64,000 nt of DNA from Vampirovibrionales bacterium (GCA_035285025.1 JAYKHY010000003.1:35533-99532); one strand, 5' to 3'; numbered from the stretch's first letter, positions 19,755-30,709 are shown. The notes: a model not told the origin generated them from the letters alone. Numbers and translations are program-made.

Positions 19755-19790
19755 AAGCCGCCGGCATTAGCCAGCGGCTTATTGTGTTAG
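19755..19790 (-). terminator. Probable intrinsic terminator after the HEAT-repeat gene
   Basis: Inverted repeat AAGCCGCCGGC-ATTA-GCCAGCGGCTT just past the stop codon. Confidence 0.5.
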
Positions 19791-19808
19791 TTATTTTCCG
19801 GCTCAAAT

Positions 19809-20675
19809 CTAGGCTTTTTTACCGGCTGCGGCAGGCGTAGAACCTTTCCAGCTAGAAGCCATGATGACTTTGAACGCTTTGAGCGCGGTGTCGGCCACTT
19901 CGTTCAAATCATCAGAGAGCATAATCATTTCGCGCAGCGGCAGCAGGGCGCGGGCATCTTTTAACATCCCGAGCGAGGCCGCAGCACCAGCGCGCACCAG
20001 ATCGTTTTCTTCCTTGTTTTTCAGCACGTCAATCAGGGCTGGCACAGCAGATTTTTCGCCGATTTTGCCAAGCGATTGAACTGCGTAAATGCGGACGTTG
20101 ACCCACTCGTCTTTTAGCATGTCAACCAACGCATCCACAGCGCGGGGGTCACCCAGTTCGCCCAGGGCACGGGTGGCATCGCATCGGACGTTCACTTTAT
20201 CGTGCTTCAAAATTTCCATCAGCGGCTTCACCGAAATTGGGCCAATTTCGATTAAGGCATCCGCGGCCGTCATGCAAACCTGGCTGTTGCAATCGCTGAG
20301 CGCTTCGACCAACGGCAGAACAACTTCTTCGCCGCCCAAACGGCCCAAGGCACGCGCTGCACGAACGCGAACATCCACGTTTTTATCGAGGCGTAACGAA
20401 TCAATCAACGGATCAACCGCGCGGGCATCGCCAAGTTCACCCAGGGCACGCGCCGCGTATAACCGTGCCGAACCGTTTTTATCGTTTTTAAGGCTATCAA
20501 TCAACGGCTCAACGGCGGTGGGGTCACCCATTTCGCCCAACATACGGGCCGCATTGTAACGCACTTTTTCGGATGGGCTGTTGTGCAAGTCATGCACGAG
20601 CTCATCAAAGGTTTTAACGCTGGATTTTTTGGTTGCGGGTTTTGCGGATTGGACGGTTTGCTCGGAAGTAGCCAT
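19809..20675 (-). CDS. HEAT-repeat (PBS-lyase-like) protein
   Basis: About 8 repeats of VR..AA.ALG.LGD..AV.PLI..L.D. AGGAG RBS before MATSEQ. Confidence 0.92.
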   Translation of the reverse strand: MATSEQTVQSAKPATKKSSVKTFDELVHDLHNSPSEKVRYNAARMLGEMGDPTAVEPLIDSLKNDKNGSARLYAARALGELGDARAVDPLIDSLRLDKNVDVRVRAARALGRLGGEEVVLPLVEALSDCNSQVCMTAADALIEIGPISVKPLMEILKHDKVNVRCDATRALGELGDPRAVDALVDMLKDEWVNVRIYAVQSLGKIGEKSAVPALIDVLKNKEENDLVRAGAAASLGMLKDARALLPLREMIMLSDDLNEVADTALKAFKVIMASSWKGSTPAAAGKKA

Positions 20676-21626
20676 AAGGCGATGACGTCTCCTATAAGGA
20701 TTGATAAAAATCAATAACTGGCAAAATAACGGATAACTTGCTACGCGTTTAACGAAACTTATTTAAAAAACTTGATTAAAACATACTGAATAAACTATCT
20801 GGCGGACTCAAAGCGCTTACGCGCACCGATGCAGCAGGATCTTAAATCGCGTTGAATACAAGCTGATTTAAGTGGGTTTGCTTGTGCTTGTTTAGCAAAT
20901 GCAACAGAGCACAAATTGAGCCTTTGGATGCTAGAACGATACGTGATAGACGCTTGGCCTGAAATAATTCGATACTAGAAGATTCGATAGGTGATGAATA
21001 CCGGCAGAACTCTAATCTGGATAATGATGGTTTAACCTGAACTAAACTTAGCCTATGAATGCCTGACGTTAATTTTTTCTTAAGACTTACGCTGTTTGCA
21101 TAAACGCGTTTAGCGCAGTGTTTTGTGTTAGCAAGCCAAAGGATTCATGTTTTTTGTTACAGAGATGAACGTAGTCTGTTTAAAGCGTAAAGTCTGGGGT
21201 GCAGACGCAAAATAAACGCTTAAACAATACGCGATTTGCAGGCAAGTACTGTTTACCGACCGAATTATGGTTTGAGCTGGCAGATGTCTTTAACAGGCTC
21301 AAATAGAATGTGTGCGTTGGTGATGAAAACGCTTGGCGAAAGCGACAGACCCTGATGATGCGAAACTTGAAGCTTAATTGATATATGCTTTATATGAGTT
21401 TCTTAAAGGATTCTGAGGAAATTGTGCCAAGGACAAGAACCAACAAAACTATACTAACATATTTTTTGCATGGCGCACAAATCAGAAAAGAATCTTAACA
21501 TTTAGGCTGCGTAAAAGGATTAGCCCACGCACGTTGATTCATCACGCGCCATACCAAAACAGCGCACCCGACCTAGGCCAATTACGCTGTTTTAACCAAA
21601 TCCAAATTACGCAATGCTAAAGCGCA

Positions 21627-23375
21627 TTACACAGCCGAAGCGGCAGACAACGGTTGCTTTTTGTACCAGCGATAATCCACCGACGGGAACGGGTTATCAA
21701 TGGCTTCAATCGCTTCTAGCGCATCCGCCTCAATCGATTGTGACTCGAGCATTTTATACAGTTCGTTGAAACGTTCAACGTGTCCGTTAAACCGCTCAAT
21801 GGCGTAATCCTTCGCCTGGAAGGTCGTGACCAAAAACGGCCAATCGCTCGCCTGCAATAAAAACAGTTCGCGCAACGCCTGATTCAGCGCACGTTCGTAA
21901 AGGGGGCGCGTTTCGTTAGGGTATTGTGCGCATAAACGCAGCATTTTGTCTTCGGCTTCGTGAATCACGGGCCACATCCAGTCTGTATTCTGGTTTTGCC
22001 AGACCCAGTAATGGCCGCCCTGACCCCAAGTACTCTCGGGCAATTTGATTGCGGTTTTGGGCGTGTGTTCACGTAAATAAACACTCGCAGGCTTGAGGCG
22101 GGCTTTGGCGTTTTTGTCCAACCCACGAATCACGTGCCCAAGCCATTCGACGCCTTCAAACCACCAATGGCCAAACAGTTCGGTGTCAAACGAGATTTCG
22201 AGCAGCACATGCTCGCCATGTTTGTTTGCCGATTTTTCACTCGCCAAATCGCTTAACAGGCTAACATAGTGGTTCGCGTGCTCGCGGGCTTTTTCTAGCG
22301 CAAGCGCAGGGTCATAGAGCATTTTTTCGCCCATGCCCACATCTTTACTGGTTAAGCGCCAGTAGTGCATCCCGGAATCCACATCTTTTTGGTGAAACTC
22401 CCGGTAAAGCCCATCACCCGGGTAACCATACGTTGCGGACCAGACCTGGAAGCTTGCACGGTGACTGCGCCCCATCACGGCAACCGGATAGTCTCTCATC
22501 CAGTAAGCTTCATCGGTATTTAAACCGGTTTGCTGTTGCGGCATTTGCGAGGGCAAATACTGCACCTTAAAATCATAAATCCCAATTACCCGGCGTGTAT
22601 CTGAGCTTTCGCTGCCCTCCAGGGCAGAGTATTCAGTAAAGAAGTACTCGAGATTATTCTGGAATAAAAACTGATCGATACCCGGCCGCGTGTAGGTTTC
22701 GCCGGTTTCTGGGTCTTTAATCTGCCACGCCGGACGGTACGCGCACTCCGGCAGCCAAACGCCTTTGGGCGCTCTGCCAAAATGGCGTTTGTAGGTTTCT
22801 ACCCCGGCTTTAAGCTGCGCGCTAATGCTTTCATCTGTGCCAAGCAAAGGCAAAAAGCCGTGTGTGGCCGCAGATGTTGTAATTTCGATGCATCCGGCAT
22901 CCTGCAATTCGCGGAACGCGCCCAGTAAATCCTGATGATAGCGCTCGTTAAAATCCTTGACCAGGCTGCAGAACCAGGCTTCGTAATACTTGGCCAGGTA
23001 CAGCAAATGCGCAGCATGCGGTAAATCTGGCTGAGACTGGTATTTAACAATATCTTTGCGCACGGCAACCAACCGCGTCTCAATGTAATCAACAAAGCCC
23101 TGCTTCAAGTGCGCGTCAGCCAGTTGTTCGGCCAGAATGGGCGTAATCCCTAGTGTAATGTTCGCCGGGATGCCCTCGGCCCGCAATTGATTAAATAGAT
23201 TTAACAGGGGCAGGTACGTTTCTGCCATGCACTCGTAAAGGTTTTCTTCGCCAAAGGGCCACATGCCCGCCATTCGGTAAAACGGCAAATGGCTGTGCAA
23301 CATTATTACGATTGAGCCCAATGGGTTGGACTCTTTACCGGGCAGTGTGGGCGTTAGGCCTTGTTCAACCGTCAT
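21627..23375 (-). CDS. GH57 1,4-alpha-glucan branching enzyme (DUF1957 C-terminus)
   Basis: Motifs HSHLPF, ETYLPLL, SAATHGFLPL, GVWLPECAY, DTELFGHWWFEG and LLQASDWPF. Confidence 0.95.
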   Translation of the reverse strand: MTVEQGLTPTLPGKESNPLGSIVIMLHSHLPFYRMAGMWPFGEENLYECMAETYLPLLNLFNQLRAEGIPANITLGITPILAEQLADAHLKQGFVDYIETRLVAVRKDIVKYQSQPDLPHAAHLLYLAKYYEAWFCSLVKDFNERYHQDLLGAFRELQDAGCIEITTSAATHGFLPLLGTDESISAQLKAGVETYKRHFGRAPKGVWLPECAYRPAWQIKDPETGETYTRPGIDQFLFQNNLEYFFTEYSALEGSESSDTRRVIGIYDFKVQYLPSQMPQQQTGLNTDEAYWMRDYPVAVMGRSHRASFQVWSATYGYPGDGLYREFHQKDVDSGMHYWRLTSKDVGMGEKMLYDPALALEKAREHANHYVSLLSDLASEKSANKHGEHVLLEISFDTELFGHWWFEGVEWLGHVIRGLDKNAKARLKPASVYLREHTPKTAIKLPESTWGQGGHYWVWQNQNTDWMWPVIHEAEDKMLRLCAQYPNETRPLYERALNQALRELFLLQASDWPFLVTTFQAKDYAIERFNGHVERFNELYKMLESQSIEADALEAIEAIDNPFPSVDYRWYKKQPLSAASAV

Positions 23376-24035
23376 GTTGCTTATCCCTAAATCAAGTAAA
23401 AACTAAAAAAACAGTACAGCATTAACAACAAACCGAGTGCAAAACAGCTGGATAACCGTGCAGTCGCCAAAAAGCGCAGGAGTCAGGAATAATGTGCAAT
23501 AAGCCAGCGCATAAACAGGACACAGGGCTGAGTCGGGTTAGACTTCTGATAATCGGCGCCGCCATCTATATTAATTAGGCAAGCTGACGAGGATATTAGT
23601 GACACTTTTTAATTTTTTTGTGCGGCATTTGTAAGCGTGCGTTACAAATCTTGTCCAAAAACGCCTGGGCCAACAACGCAAACTGATGAAACGTATTTTT
23701 TAAAACTGATTACTAAGATTTATTTCGGTGCTACAGATCTTATTGTTTAAAGAGATTTAGCTATTACGCACTACGCTTACATCTGTGTTGTGTCGCGTTA
23801 CCGGCCTGGATTTGACTTGGACGCTAAATGCCGCGAAGAAGCCCCTGTCATTTTAAGAGCTTTAAAAATAGGCTAACAGAACAACTTTCGAGAAACAATG
23901 CCCAACTGACTAAAACGTCCGGGTTCCGCACAAAAATGTTTAGCCAGTGCTCCCATCTACAGCAGCGTTAATTTTTAAAACTGCGTCCGCCTGTTTATGC
24001 GCTAACCTGAACCCTGAGACGCAGCACAGTCTGGA

Positions 24036-24081
24036 ATGTTTCTGGGGCATGTTTCTGGGGCATGTTTTTGGGGCATGTTTC
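24036..24081. repeat. 13-bp tandem repeat, about 3.5 copies
   Basis: ATGTTTCTGGGGC twice, then ATGTTTTTGGGGC, then ATGTTTC. Confidence 0.9.
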
Positions 24082-24548
24082 CGCAGATTTTACTCAAGCA
24101 GTTTTTTGGCCAACAGGCACGTGCAGATAAACACAGACCTGGTCGCCATAACGCTTTGCCTGTCGGTTTTAGACAGTGGGGCAATGGGCAGTTTGTTAGA
24201 GTGAACGCCTTAGAGTGAACGCAGTTTGGTGGAGTTAACATCTTGAAGCAAGAGAGAGCTCGCTTTTTACTGATAGAAAGCGCTTTTTCAAGCGTCATCT
24301 CTAGCGCTTCCTCGTTGCGGCAAAATACCCGCCACAGTTTTTGTGATAGGTCATATTGCGGCCTGACTTTAAGAGCGTGAACTTTCGTCTAGCCTAGGGG
24401 CTGTGATTAACAAGCCAATAATCAGCGCAAGAATTAGAGAATAAATACATTAAAAAACGTCATTTCATTCCGCTAAAGCGCCAGACTTGCAATTGTTGGC
24501 CCAATTAAAGTCCTTGCCTGCAAGCATCGTTAACGCGGGCGACGGGCA

Positions 24549-25412
24549 TTAACCGGCAATCGCGTAAAGTGTGTTGGTGGCTGTATCTTTAAACGTCACG
24601 CGCAGCTCGGGCACGGTGCCGCCTGGCGCAAGCACTTTAAAGGTAACGCGCTGGCCGCTTTGCAACATGCCTTGGGGCACGGTGCGCACAAACTGGTTTG
24701 CCTCTTGCGCAGTTCGATTGTTTTGCGCCTGCGTGCTGCCTTGGCTCGCCATGCTCATCGCAGAGGTTGCGCCCAGCACAATGGCGCCAATCGTGTTCGT
24801 GGTGCCATCGCCGCCAAATACGCCACCCACCAGACCTTTAGGCCGCTTAACCGAACTCAGGTACCCGTGCTCCGGATCGACACTGCCCACCACCTGCGTT
24901 TGCAAAAGCTCGACGGGTGCGTGCCAGTGATTTTCAATCGAAAACTCATAGGCAACAAACTGGTGGCGCAAGTTGCTTTGCAACACCACCGGGGTTTTAA
25001 GAATATACACCTCGGCCTGCGCCGTTGCGGCAATGCGCATGGCGTTAGGATCAATCGTGGTGAGCTTGGGTATTCCGCTAACGTCCTCCGCTTGCGCGGC
25101 ATCCGGGGCTTCGGGTAAAAACTGGGATGACTGCGGCGTGGTTTCGTAAACGTTGGTTTCGTCAATTGCAGGGTCAGGGTTGTCCATCACAAACCCAGAC
25201 GATAACGGCGTCAGCTCAACAGCTTCTTCATGCTCAATCAGCGATTCATCTGTGGGTTGCGGTTGCGGCTGCGCGGTTTCAAGCTGTGCCGCATCGGTGC
25301 CGTCAAACGTCTCTGCCAGAGCAAGCGAACTTGTTTGCGTACCCACTTGCGCAATAACAAGCAGCAAAGGCAACATTAAAGCTAATAGCCGGCCAGAATT
25401 AAAACAGCGCAT
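24549..25412 (-). CDS. Hypothetical exported protein
   Basis: Signal peptide, acidic disordered linker, then a beta-rich C-terminal domain containing a Gly/Ala-rich segment. Confidence 0.75.
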   Translation of the reverse strand: MRCFNSGRLLALMLPLLLVIAQVGTQTSSLALAETFDGTDAAQLETAQPQPQPTDESLIEHEEAVELTPLSSGFVMDNPDPAIDETNVYETTPQSSQFLPEAPDAAQAEDVSGIPKLTTIDPNAMRIAATAQAEVYILKTPVVLQSNLRHQFVAYEFSIENHWHAPVELLQTQVVGSVDPEHGYLSSVKRPKGLVGGVFGGDGTTNTIGAIVLGATSAMSMASQGSTQAQNNRTAQEANQFVRTVPQGMLQSGQRVTFKVLAPGGTVPELRVTFKDTATNTLYAIAG

Positions 25413-25575
25413 AAATCAAAAACCATTCTGCGTTTTGGCTTGAAACAACCCTGTCTAGGGTTATATCAAATCGTGATTCACAAAGCAAAAATAACAAACA
25501 CCACGTAAAGCATGGGCTGATACAAATTCAAAACCACTGAAAACCAGAAATTGCCCCGCGCGCTAAATTTTGTAT

Positions 25576-25612
25576 AAAAAAACGCCCCGAGGCTTCACCT
25601 TAGGACGTTTCT
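25576..25612 (-). terminator. Probable intrinsic terminator after the YtxH gene
   Basis: Hairpin AAACGCCCCGAGG…CCTTAGGACGTTT followed by a T-run on the minus strand. Confidence 0.55.
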
Positions 25613-25630
25613 TTAAAAAACTACCGTACG

Positions 25631-26044
25631 CTAGTTGCTGCTACCATTAGCCGACATGCCCTCAAACGCATCGCGGCCTGCTTTTTCAAGCTCGCTCGAG
25701 CTTTCTTTAAGCGCGCTTGCAATCACGCCCGCTTTGCTTTTAAGCGCGTCGCGCACAGAATCCAGCGAATGCTCGGCGCGCTCTTTAACCGTACCGGCAC
25801 GGTTTTTTAACGCTTCAACCGAAGTCGAGACTTTATCCGTTACCAGCGTGCGCGTGTCGTTATAGCGGGTTTTTACGGTATCCACCGTACGGCCCACTTC
25901 GTCATCCATTTTAGATTTTAAAATAGCGCGCGTTTCTTGTCCGCTGCGTGGCGCAAAGAGCAACCCCAGCAGCGTCCCCACGCCTAAACCCGCCAGCAGC
26001 GCGACCATAAATTTGGTAAACGAACCCGAGTTTTGAGTGCTCAT
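25631..26044 (-). CDS. YtxH-domain protein
   Basis: GLGVGTLLGLLFAPRSGQETR followed by a helical tail. GGAAGG RBS. Confidence 0.9.
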   Translation of the reverse strand: MSTQNSGSFTKFMVALLAGLGVGTLLGLLFAPRSGQETRAILKSKMDDEVGRTVDTVKTRYNDTRTLVTDKVSTSVEALKNRAGTVKERAEHSLDSVRDALKSKAGVIASALKESSSELEKAGRDAFEGMSANGSSN

Positions 26045-26627
26045 AAATAACCACCTTCCTGCAATTGCAATTCAATCAAAATAAACGATTAAAGCCAAAA
26101 AGTAGATGCAGCATGCTAACCGAATAACCCCTGGAACCTTTTTAGCGAAAAATTAAAAACAAAATTTAAACGCTAGGCCATTTACTGTTAGCGGACAAAA
26201 AACCCGCATTAAAATGCTTGTAATTTTTAGTGTAATGCCTAACGCGGCTCATCCGCTCAAGCATCAAGCAAAACTTAACAACTCCCGTCATGTCTCGACA
26301 TATTTTTAGCCTCAAAACAGGCTAAGGGCGCAACCAGTTTTAAGTTACAAGGCTTAAGCATTTAACAAACACAGCTAGCGTGTTAGAGAACTGCCAACAG
26401 TGACATGGAGACAAAAATTTATGCCATTGCAAACCGTTGAACCCTAAAAACTAGACGATGGAGGCAATTTTATCAATAAGTCCATGATCCATGCCGGCTT
26501 CAGAGAACAAGTTCACAAAGCACGTCATTCTGTTCCCCGCCAGCGCGGGCAGGACGAATTTGAAACAGACCCCCTTGCCCAGCAAATTAAAAAGCTGACC
26601 TGCCTTAATCGCTTACTTATTAGCCTG

Positions 26628-27290
26628 TTAACTGCCTTTTAAAGCGCGAATCGCCTGGGCCCAATCTGACGTGCCAAACACGGCAGAGCCTGCCACCAAT
26701 ACGGTCGCGCCGGCCTGGGTTAACACCTGCGCATTATCAGGAATCACGCCGCCATCCACCGAAATCTCAATGGGCCGGTCTGCAACCATTTGCTTGAGCG
26801 CGTTTAGTTTAACCAGCGTGGCAGGAATAAACCGCTGGCCGCCAAAGCCCGGATTCACGGACATTACCAGAATCAAATCCAGGTCGTCCAGCACGTAATC
26901 AAGCGCCGTAAGCGGCGTTGCCGGATTCAGCGAGACGCCTGCCTTGGCCCCGGTGGCTTTAATGGCCTGCAGGGTTCGGTGCAAATGCGTGCAGGCCTCT
27001 GCATGCACGGTAATCCAGTCCGCGCCTGCATCTCTGAATGCCTGCAGGTGGCGGTCAGGTTCAACAATCATTAAATGCACATCAAACGGCAGCGTACTAT
27101 GCGACCGAATCGCCTTAATCACGGGCGGGCCAAACGTCAGGTTAGGCACGTAGGCCCCGTCCATCACGTCCAGATGAATCCAGTCTGCGCCAGCCTGCTG
27201 AACGTTTTGCACCGCAGCGCCTAACGCCGCAAAATCGGCCGAAAGCACAGACGGCGCAATTTTAGGGGGCATAAGCTTTGTCGCGGTCAT
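26628..27290 (-). CDS. rpe: Ribulose-phosphate 3-epimerase
   Basis: Motifs [32 protein letters not shown] and VDGG. Confidence 0.98.
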   Translation of the reverse strand: MTATKLMPPKIAPSVLSADFAALGAAVQNVQQAGADWIHLDVMDGAYVPNLTFGPPVIKAIRSHSTLPFDVHLMIVEPDRHLQAFRDAGADWITVHAEACTHLHRTLQAIKATGAKAGVSLNPATPLTALDYVLDDLDLILVMSVNPGFGGQRFIPATLVKLNALKQMVADRPIEISVDGGVIPDNAQVLTQAGATVLVAGSAVFGTSDWAQAIRALKGS

Positions 27291-27641
27291 TGTGTTATAA
27301 GGCTCAAATCAAAAAACTCAAATAAAAAGCGCTAACTTGATTTTATGAAGCAGAAGCTATTGCAGTTGAATCGTAAAAACAACAGTCTAGCTTAAACGGA
27401 CGCATTTAAGTGCGCTTAAAACGGCTCGGGCCCGGTTTGGTGTTTAACGCGCTATTCGGATTAATTAAGCCTTAATGCAACAAAAAAGACGCTGCCGAGC
27501 AGACATCACCTGCTGCAACCCGCCTTATTTTACTCAGTCCGGGCTAGCGCACCTCGGTTTAAACCGATTTGCCTACGTTTGCCCACAGCGCTTTTTGCAA
27601 AAACCCTTGAAAGTTTGAAACCCTTACCGGGATTCAAAAAA

Positions 27642-27717
27642 TGGAGCGGAGGACGGGGCTCGAACCCGCAACCTTCTGCTTGGAAGGCAGAAGCTCTACC
27701 AATTGAGCTACCTCCGC
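27642..27717 (-). tRNA. tRNA-Gly(TCC)
   Basis: Reverse complement reads GCGGAGGTAGCTCAATTGGTAGAGC-TTCTGCCTTCCAAGCAGAAGG-TTGCGGGTTCGAGCCCCGTCCTCCGCTCCA. U73 discriminator and encoded CCA. Confidence 0.98.
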
Positions 27718-28191
27718 TTGTTTTTATTAGCAAGGCTTTCAGCAGTTAAACTGTTCTATTTTTATCATTTTTGTCCAATTTTGTTCCAACAACTTAAAAT
27801 CAAGCCATACTAAAATCAAGCCATACGTAGAATAACCCCGTCTGGACCAAACGGCAACAGCTCGGTGTGTGGGTAGTGGGTCAGTTTGCTTCAGGGAGGG
27901 AAGGGAGGAAGCACGAGGGAGGGAACGGCCCACGCCTTAGGATGTTGAACTCACCAAACTCACCAAGCTGACCCACTATCGACTTATGAGCTATCTCGCC
28001 ATCGCCCGGCGTATTTATGGCGCACAAATCGCTTGCTTAAGCTTTGCCTGTAACGCGCACGTTAAGGGGCAAAAGTTACTTATATATAGCCGTTTCTGGC
28101 TTTTAAAGGTTTTAATGCAAGCTTAATTCAGGTTTAATTCAAGGCGCTTAACAGGTGCGAATTGATTGGGGCCGCGTTATGATGCTGATCT

Positions 28192-29337
28192 ATGCCAGCC
28201 CCTTACAAATTACCCGCGCCGCCACCCGCCAGCCTACCCGCGATTAACAGCAATCGCATTCAGAACAGCCTTTACGGCTTTATGACGAGCCAACTGCTCT
28301 TTGTCGCGCTGGATTTAGACGTTTTTACCACCATTGCCCACGTGCAAACCCCCACGGTCGAATCGATATACGCCCGCCTGAGTACTCAAGGGCGGTATCG
28401 TCCGCATTCTGCGGATATGCTCGAGGCGTTTCTGGATGGATTGGTCGGCTGCGGGTTCCTGTACAAATCTGCGCAAGGCGTATACCAATTACCTGCCGAT
28501 GTGACCCGCTACCTGGTGGCAACACTTCCCCCACAGCCCCAGCAGGAACACGAAGCGCAAAACCCGAATTTCATGGGCGGCATGGTGGCCCATTGCAGAC
28601 GACTTTACGATTTGTGGAACATGCTGCCCGATGTCATCCAGACTGGCATGCCCGCAGGCGGGGCCCAACAGCTGGCCGAGGCCGAACTGCGCTACGCTGA
28701 GCTGGCCCAGGCCCTGTACGCCAGTAACATTGCGCCCGCAAAAAAGCTGGCCCATTGGCTTAAGCAATTACTGGCCAGCCATAATCCGCAGGCAAAAACC
28801 ATTGCCGATTTGGCAGGCGGAACGGGCGTATGGTCAATTGCCTTGCTCAGCGCATTAAAAGCGCAAGCCGATGCGAAGGCCCTGGCTGACATAAGTGTGG
28901 ATATTATTGATTACGAGACTGTTTTAACGGTCACCGGGCAATTCGCCGAACGCAGCGGCTACGGCGAGCATATCAAGCTGATTTGCGGCGATCTTGAAAC
29001 CATGACTCTGGCCCCCAACCGGTATGACGTAGTATTTTTGGCGCATATTTGCCACGTTTTGGGCGAAGAAGCCAGCCAGCGCCTACTGCAGCAAGCCGCC
29101 AACAGCCTAACGCCCAACGGGATTATTGCCATTGTAGACTTTTTAAGCGATCCGGCGCGCAGCAATGCAACCTGGCCGATGATTTATAACCTGAACTTGC
29201 GCATTACCACGCCCACCGGCCGCGTAATACAAAGCGAGCAGATGGATGCCTGGCTCAATCAGGCGGGGCTTAAAGCCATTAGCCGCTTTGAGCTTGAGCC
29301 TGACGTTTGGGCCACAATCGCAGCCCATAACAGCTGA
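28192..29337 (+). CDS. SAM-dependent O-methyltransferase (Methyltransf_2 type with dimerisation domain)
   Basis: N-terminal L..AL.LDVF dimerisation segment, motif I DLAGGTG, GD, and YDVVFLAHICH…L.P.G.I.IVDF. Confidence 0.88.
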   Translation: MPAPYKLPAPPPASLPAINSNRIQNSLYGFMTSQLLFVALDLDVFTTIAHVQTPTVESIYARLSTQGRYRPHSADMLEAFLDGLVGCGFLYKSAQGVYQLPADVTRYLVATLPPQPQQEHEAQNPNFMGGMVAHCRRLYDLWNMLPDVIQTGMPAGGAQQLAEAELRYAELAQALYASNIAPAKKLAHWLKQLLASHNPQAKTIADLAGGTGVWSIALLSALKAQADAKALADISVDIIDYETVLTVTGQFAERSGYGEHIKLICGDLETMTLAPNRYDVVFLAHICHVLGEEASQRLLQQAANSLTPNGIIAIVDFLSDPARSNATWPMIYNLNLRITTPTGRVIQSEQMDAWLNQAGLKAISRFELEPDVWATIAAHNS

Positions 29338-29350
29338 TTTAACGGCTCTT

Positions 29351-29926
29351 TCAGGAATTTCCGAGGCGCATGTCACGTTCTGCGGCGGTTTTAATAAAGG
29401 TTCCCGGGCCAGATTTTGCGTGATAATGCACTTTTTCTGCAAAACGTTCACGCACCTCGGCTAAAAACCGACGAGCTTCATCTTTACCGCTACGCAAATA
29501 CGAACGCGTCAGCACGCCAATATCATCGGACATAACCGCGCTTTTTGCCAGCTTACACGATTGTAAATACTCGGCGATAAAGCCAATCAGCTCCATCATG
29601 TTCGCGCTCATCACCTTGCGCGCACTCACCGAGAGCAACATCATGTAATTGCTGATTTTAAGGAACGAAGCCACGCGATCTGGCACGCGGCGACGCTTTT
29701 GCGACTGGAATAACGCCAAAACCTTGGGTGCGCCGAGCGTACGGCGGTTCTGCTGGAGCTCTTTGGCCTTAAACTCGCGTTCGGCAAAATCGACCAGTCC
29801 CTCGGCAATAATGTGCAAAATATCATCCGGAAACTGCTGTAGCGCGTTAAACGCCTGACTGACTTCGGGTTCCAGGTCGTACCAACGGCGTTTTTCGGTG
29901 GTATTGGTTGGGTTCGGATTCGTCAT
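29351..29926 (-). CDS. Hypothetical alpha-helical protein
   Basis: 191-aa ORF with an RRWYD motif and a degenerate internal repeat (KRRRVPD). Confidence 0.75.
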   Translation of the reverse strand: MTNPNPTNTTEKRRWYDLEPEVSQAFNALQQFPDDILHIIAEGLVDFAEREFKAKELQQNRRTLGAPKVLALFQSQKRRRVPDRVASFLKISNYMMLLSVSARKVMSANMMELIGFIAEYLQSCKLAKSAVMSDDIGVLTRSYLRSGKDEARRFLAEVRERFAEKVHYHAKSGPGTFIKTAAERDMRLGNS

Positions 29927-30709
29927 ATTCTGAAATGGTTCTTTCTTTATTTATAAAAACAATGCTTTGATTCAAAAATTTGCCTCTCGTACAGCAAATT
30001 ATTTTCGAAAAAACGTGCTTTCTACCTGTTTATTTTGCGTTTTTAACGCGTTTTAAACGTGTTTTTTGCGAGTTTTTAACGTCAAACTTTTTTACCCCTT
30101 AACCTTTGTAATTTTGTTTGCCTTCCAGGTTTAAATCCCTGCGTTTAAAAATTGTTCATCACTAGCAACAAGCGGGTAGTGCAGCAAACTTGGCTTTGAC
30201 CTTGGGAGCGCTGCCAAGCTCAGTGGTACCTAAGCCCAAGTGCTTGATTTGCATTTAGAAACAACATGGCCTAAGGTAACCATCCTTGACACCAAGGCAA
30301 GCCTCGTCAAAACTCCCTTCAGGAATGGATTTTAGCCATCTCAACTTGTCTTGTTGATAAGCTTATCGGCCGGCATTACGGCCCGGCCCCACTTATCAGC
30401 AGTTTGGGGTTCGGCGGGCCCTCTGACGAACGTCAAATCCTCCTTGAAAACGCTAATAATATTTACAGTATCGGATGCGGCGAGCTGAGCCTTAATTTTG
30501 GGCTAAAAAGCTGATATTTCGGCAGTTTGTTCTGAAACCGCTGCCTAAAGGGGTAAAACTCCGTTTTTTGAACGAGGCACGCCAGCCGCGTCATCGGTTA
30601 CGGTTATTCAAGAACAACACGATTTTGAAAAAGTTTATTGGGGATAACGTAATTTTGCGATTGATGCGGCTGATGCCCATCAAAGTAATCAAACGCACGA
30701 GGGACTGCA

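Noticed and set aside
23947-24298. ORFs 23947-24204, 24002-24298 and 24036-24218
   Set aside because: They overlap the 13-bp repeat, have atypical composition and show no family signal.
26380-26580. Possible IS end or transposase remnant downstream of rpe (GGGGTCTGTTTCAAA on the minus strand)
   Set aside because: No partner inverted repeat and no transposase-like translation found.
16454-27641. tRNA-anchored genomic island or prophage
   Set aside because: No duplicated tRNA 3' ends, integrase or phage genes. The intervening genes are housekeeping.
30363-30370. Perfect sigma28 -10 box GCCGATAA on the minus strand
   Set aside because: No TAAA-like -35 at the required spacing.
30170-30460. 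Known riboswitch (c-di-GMP, c-di-AMP, SAM) or housekeeping RNA
   Set aside because: Only fragments resemble the consensus motifs. Kept as an unassigned structured-RNA candidate instead.
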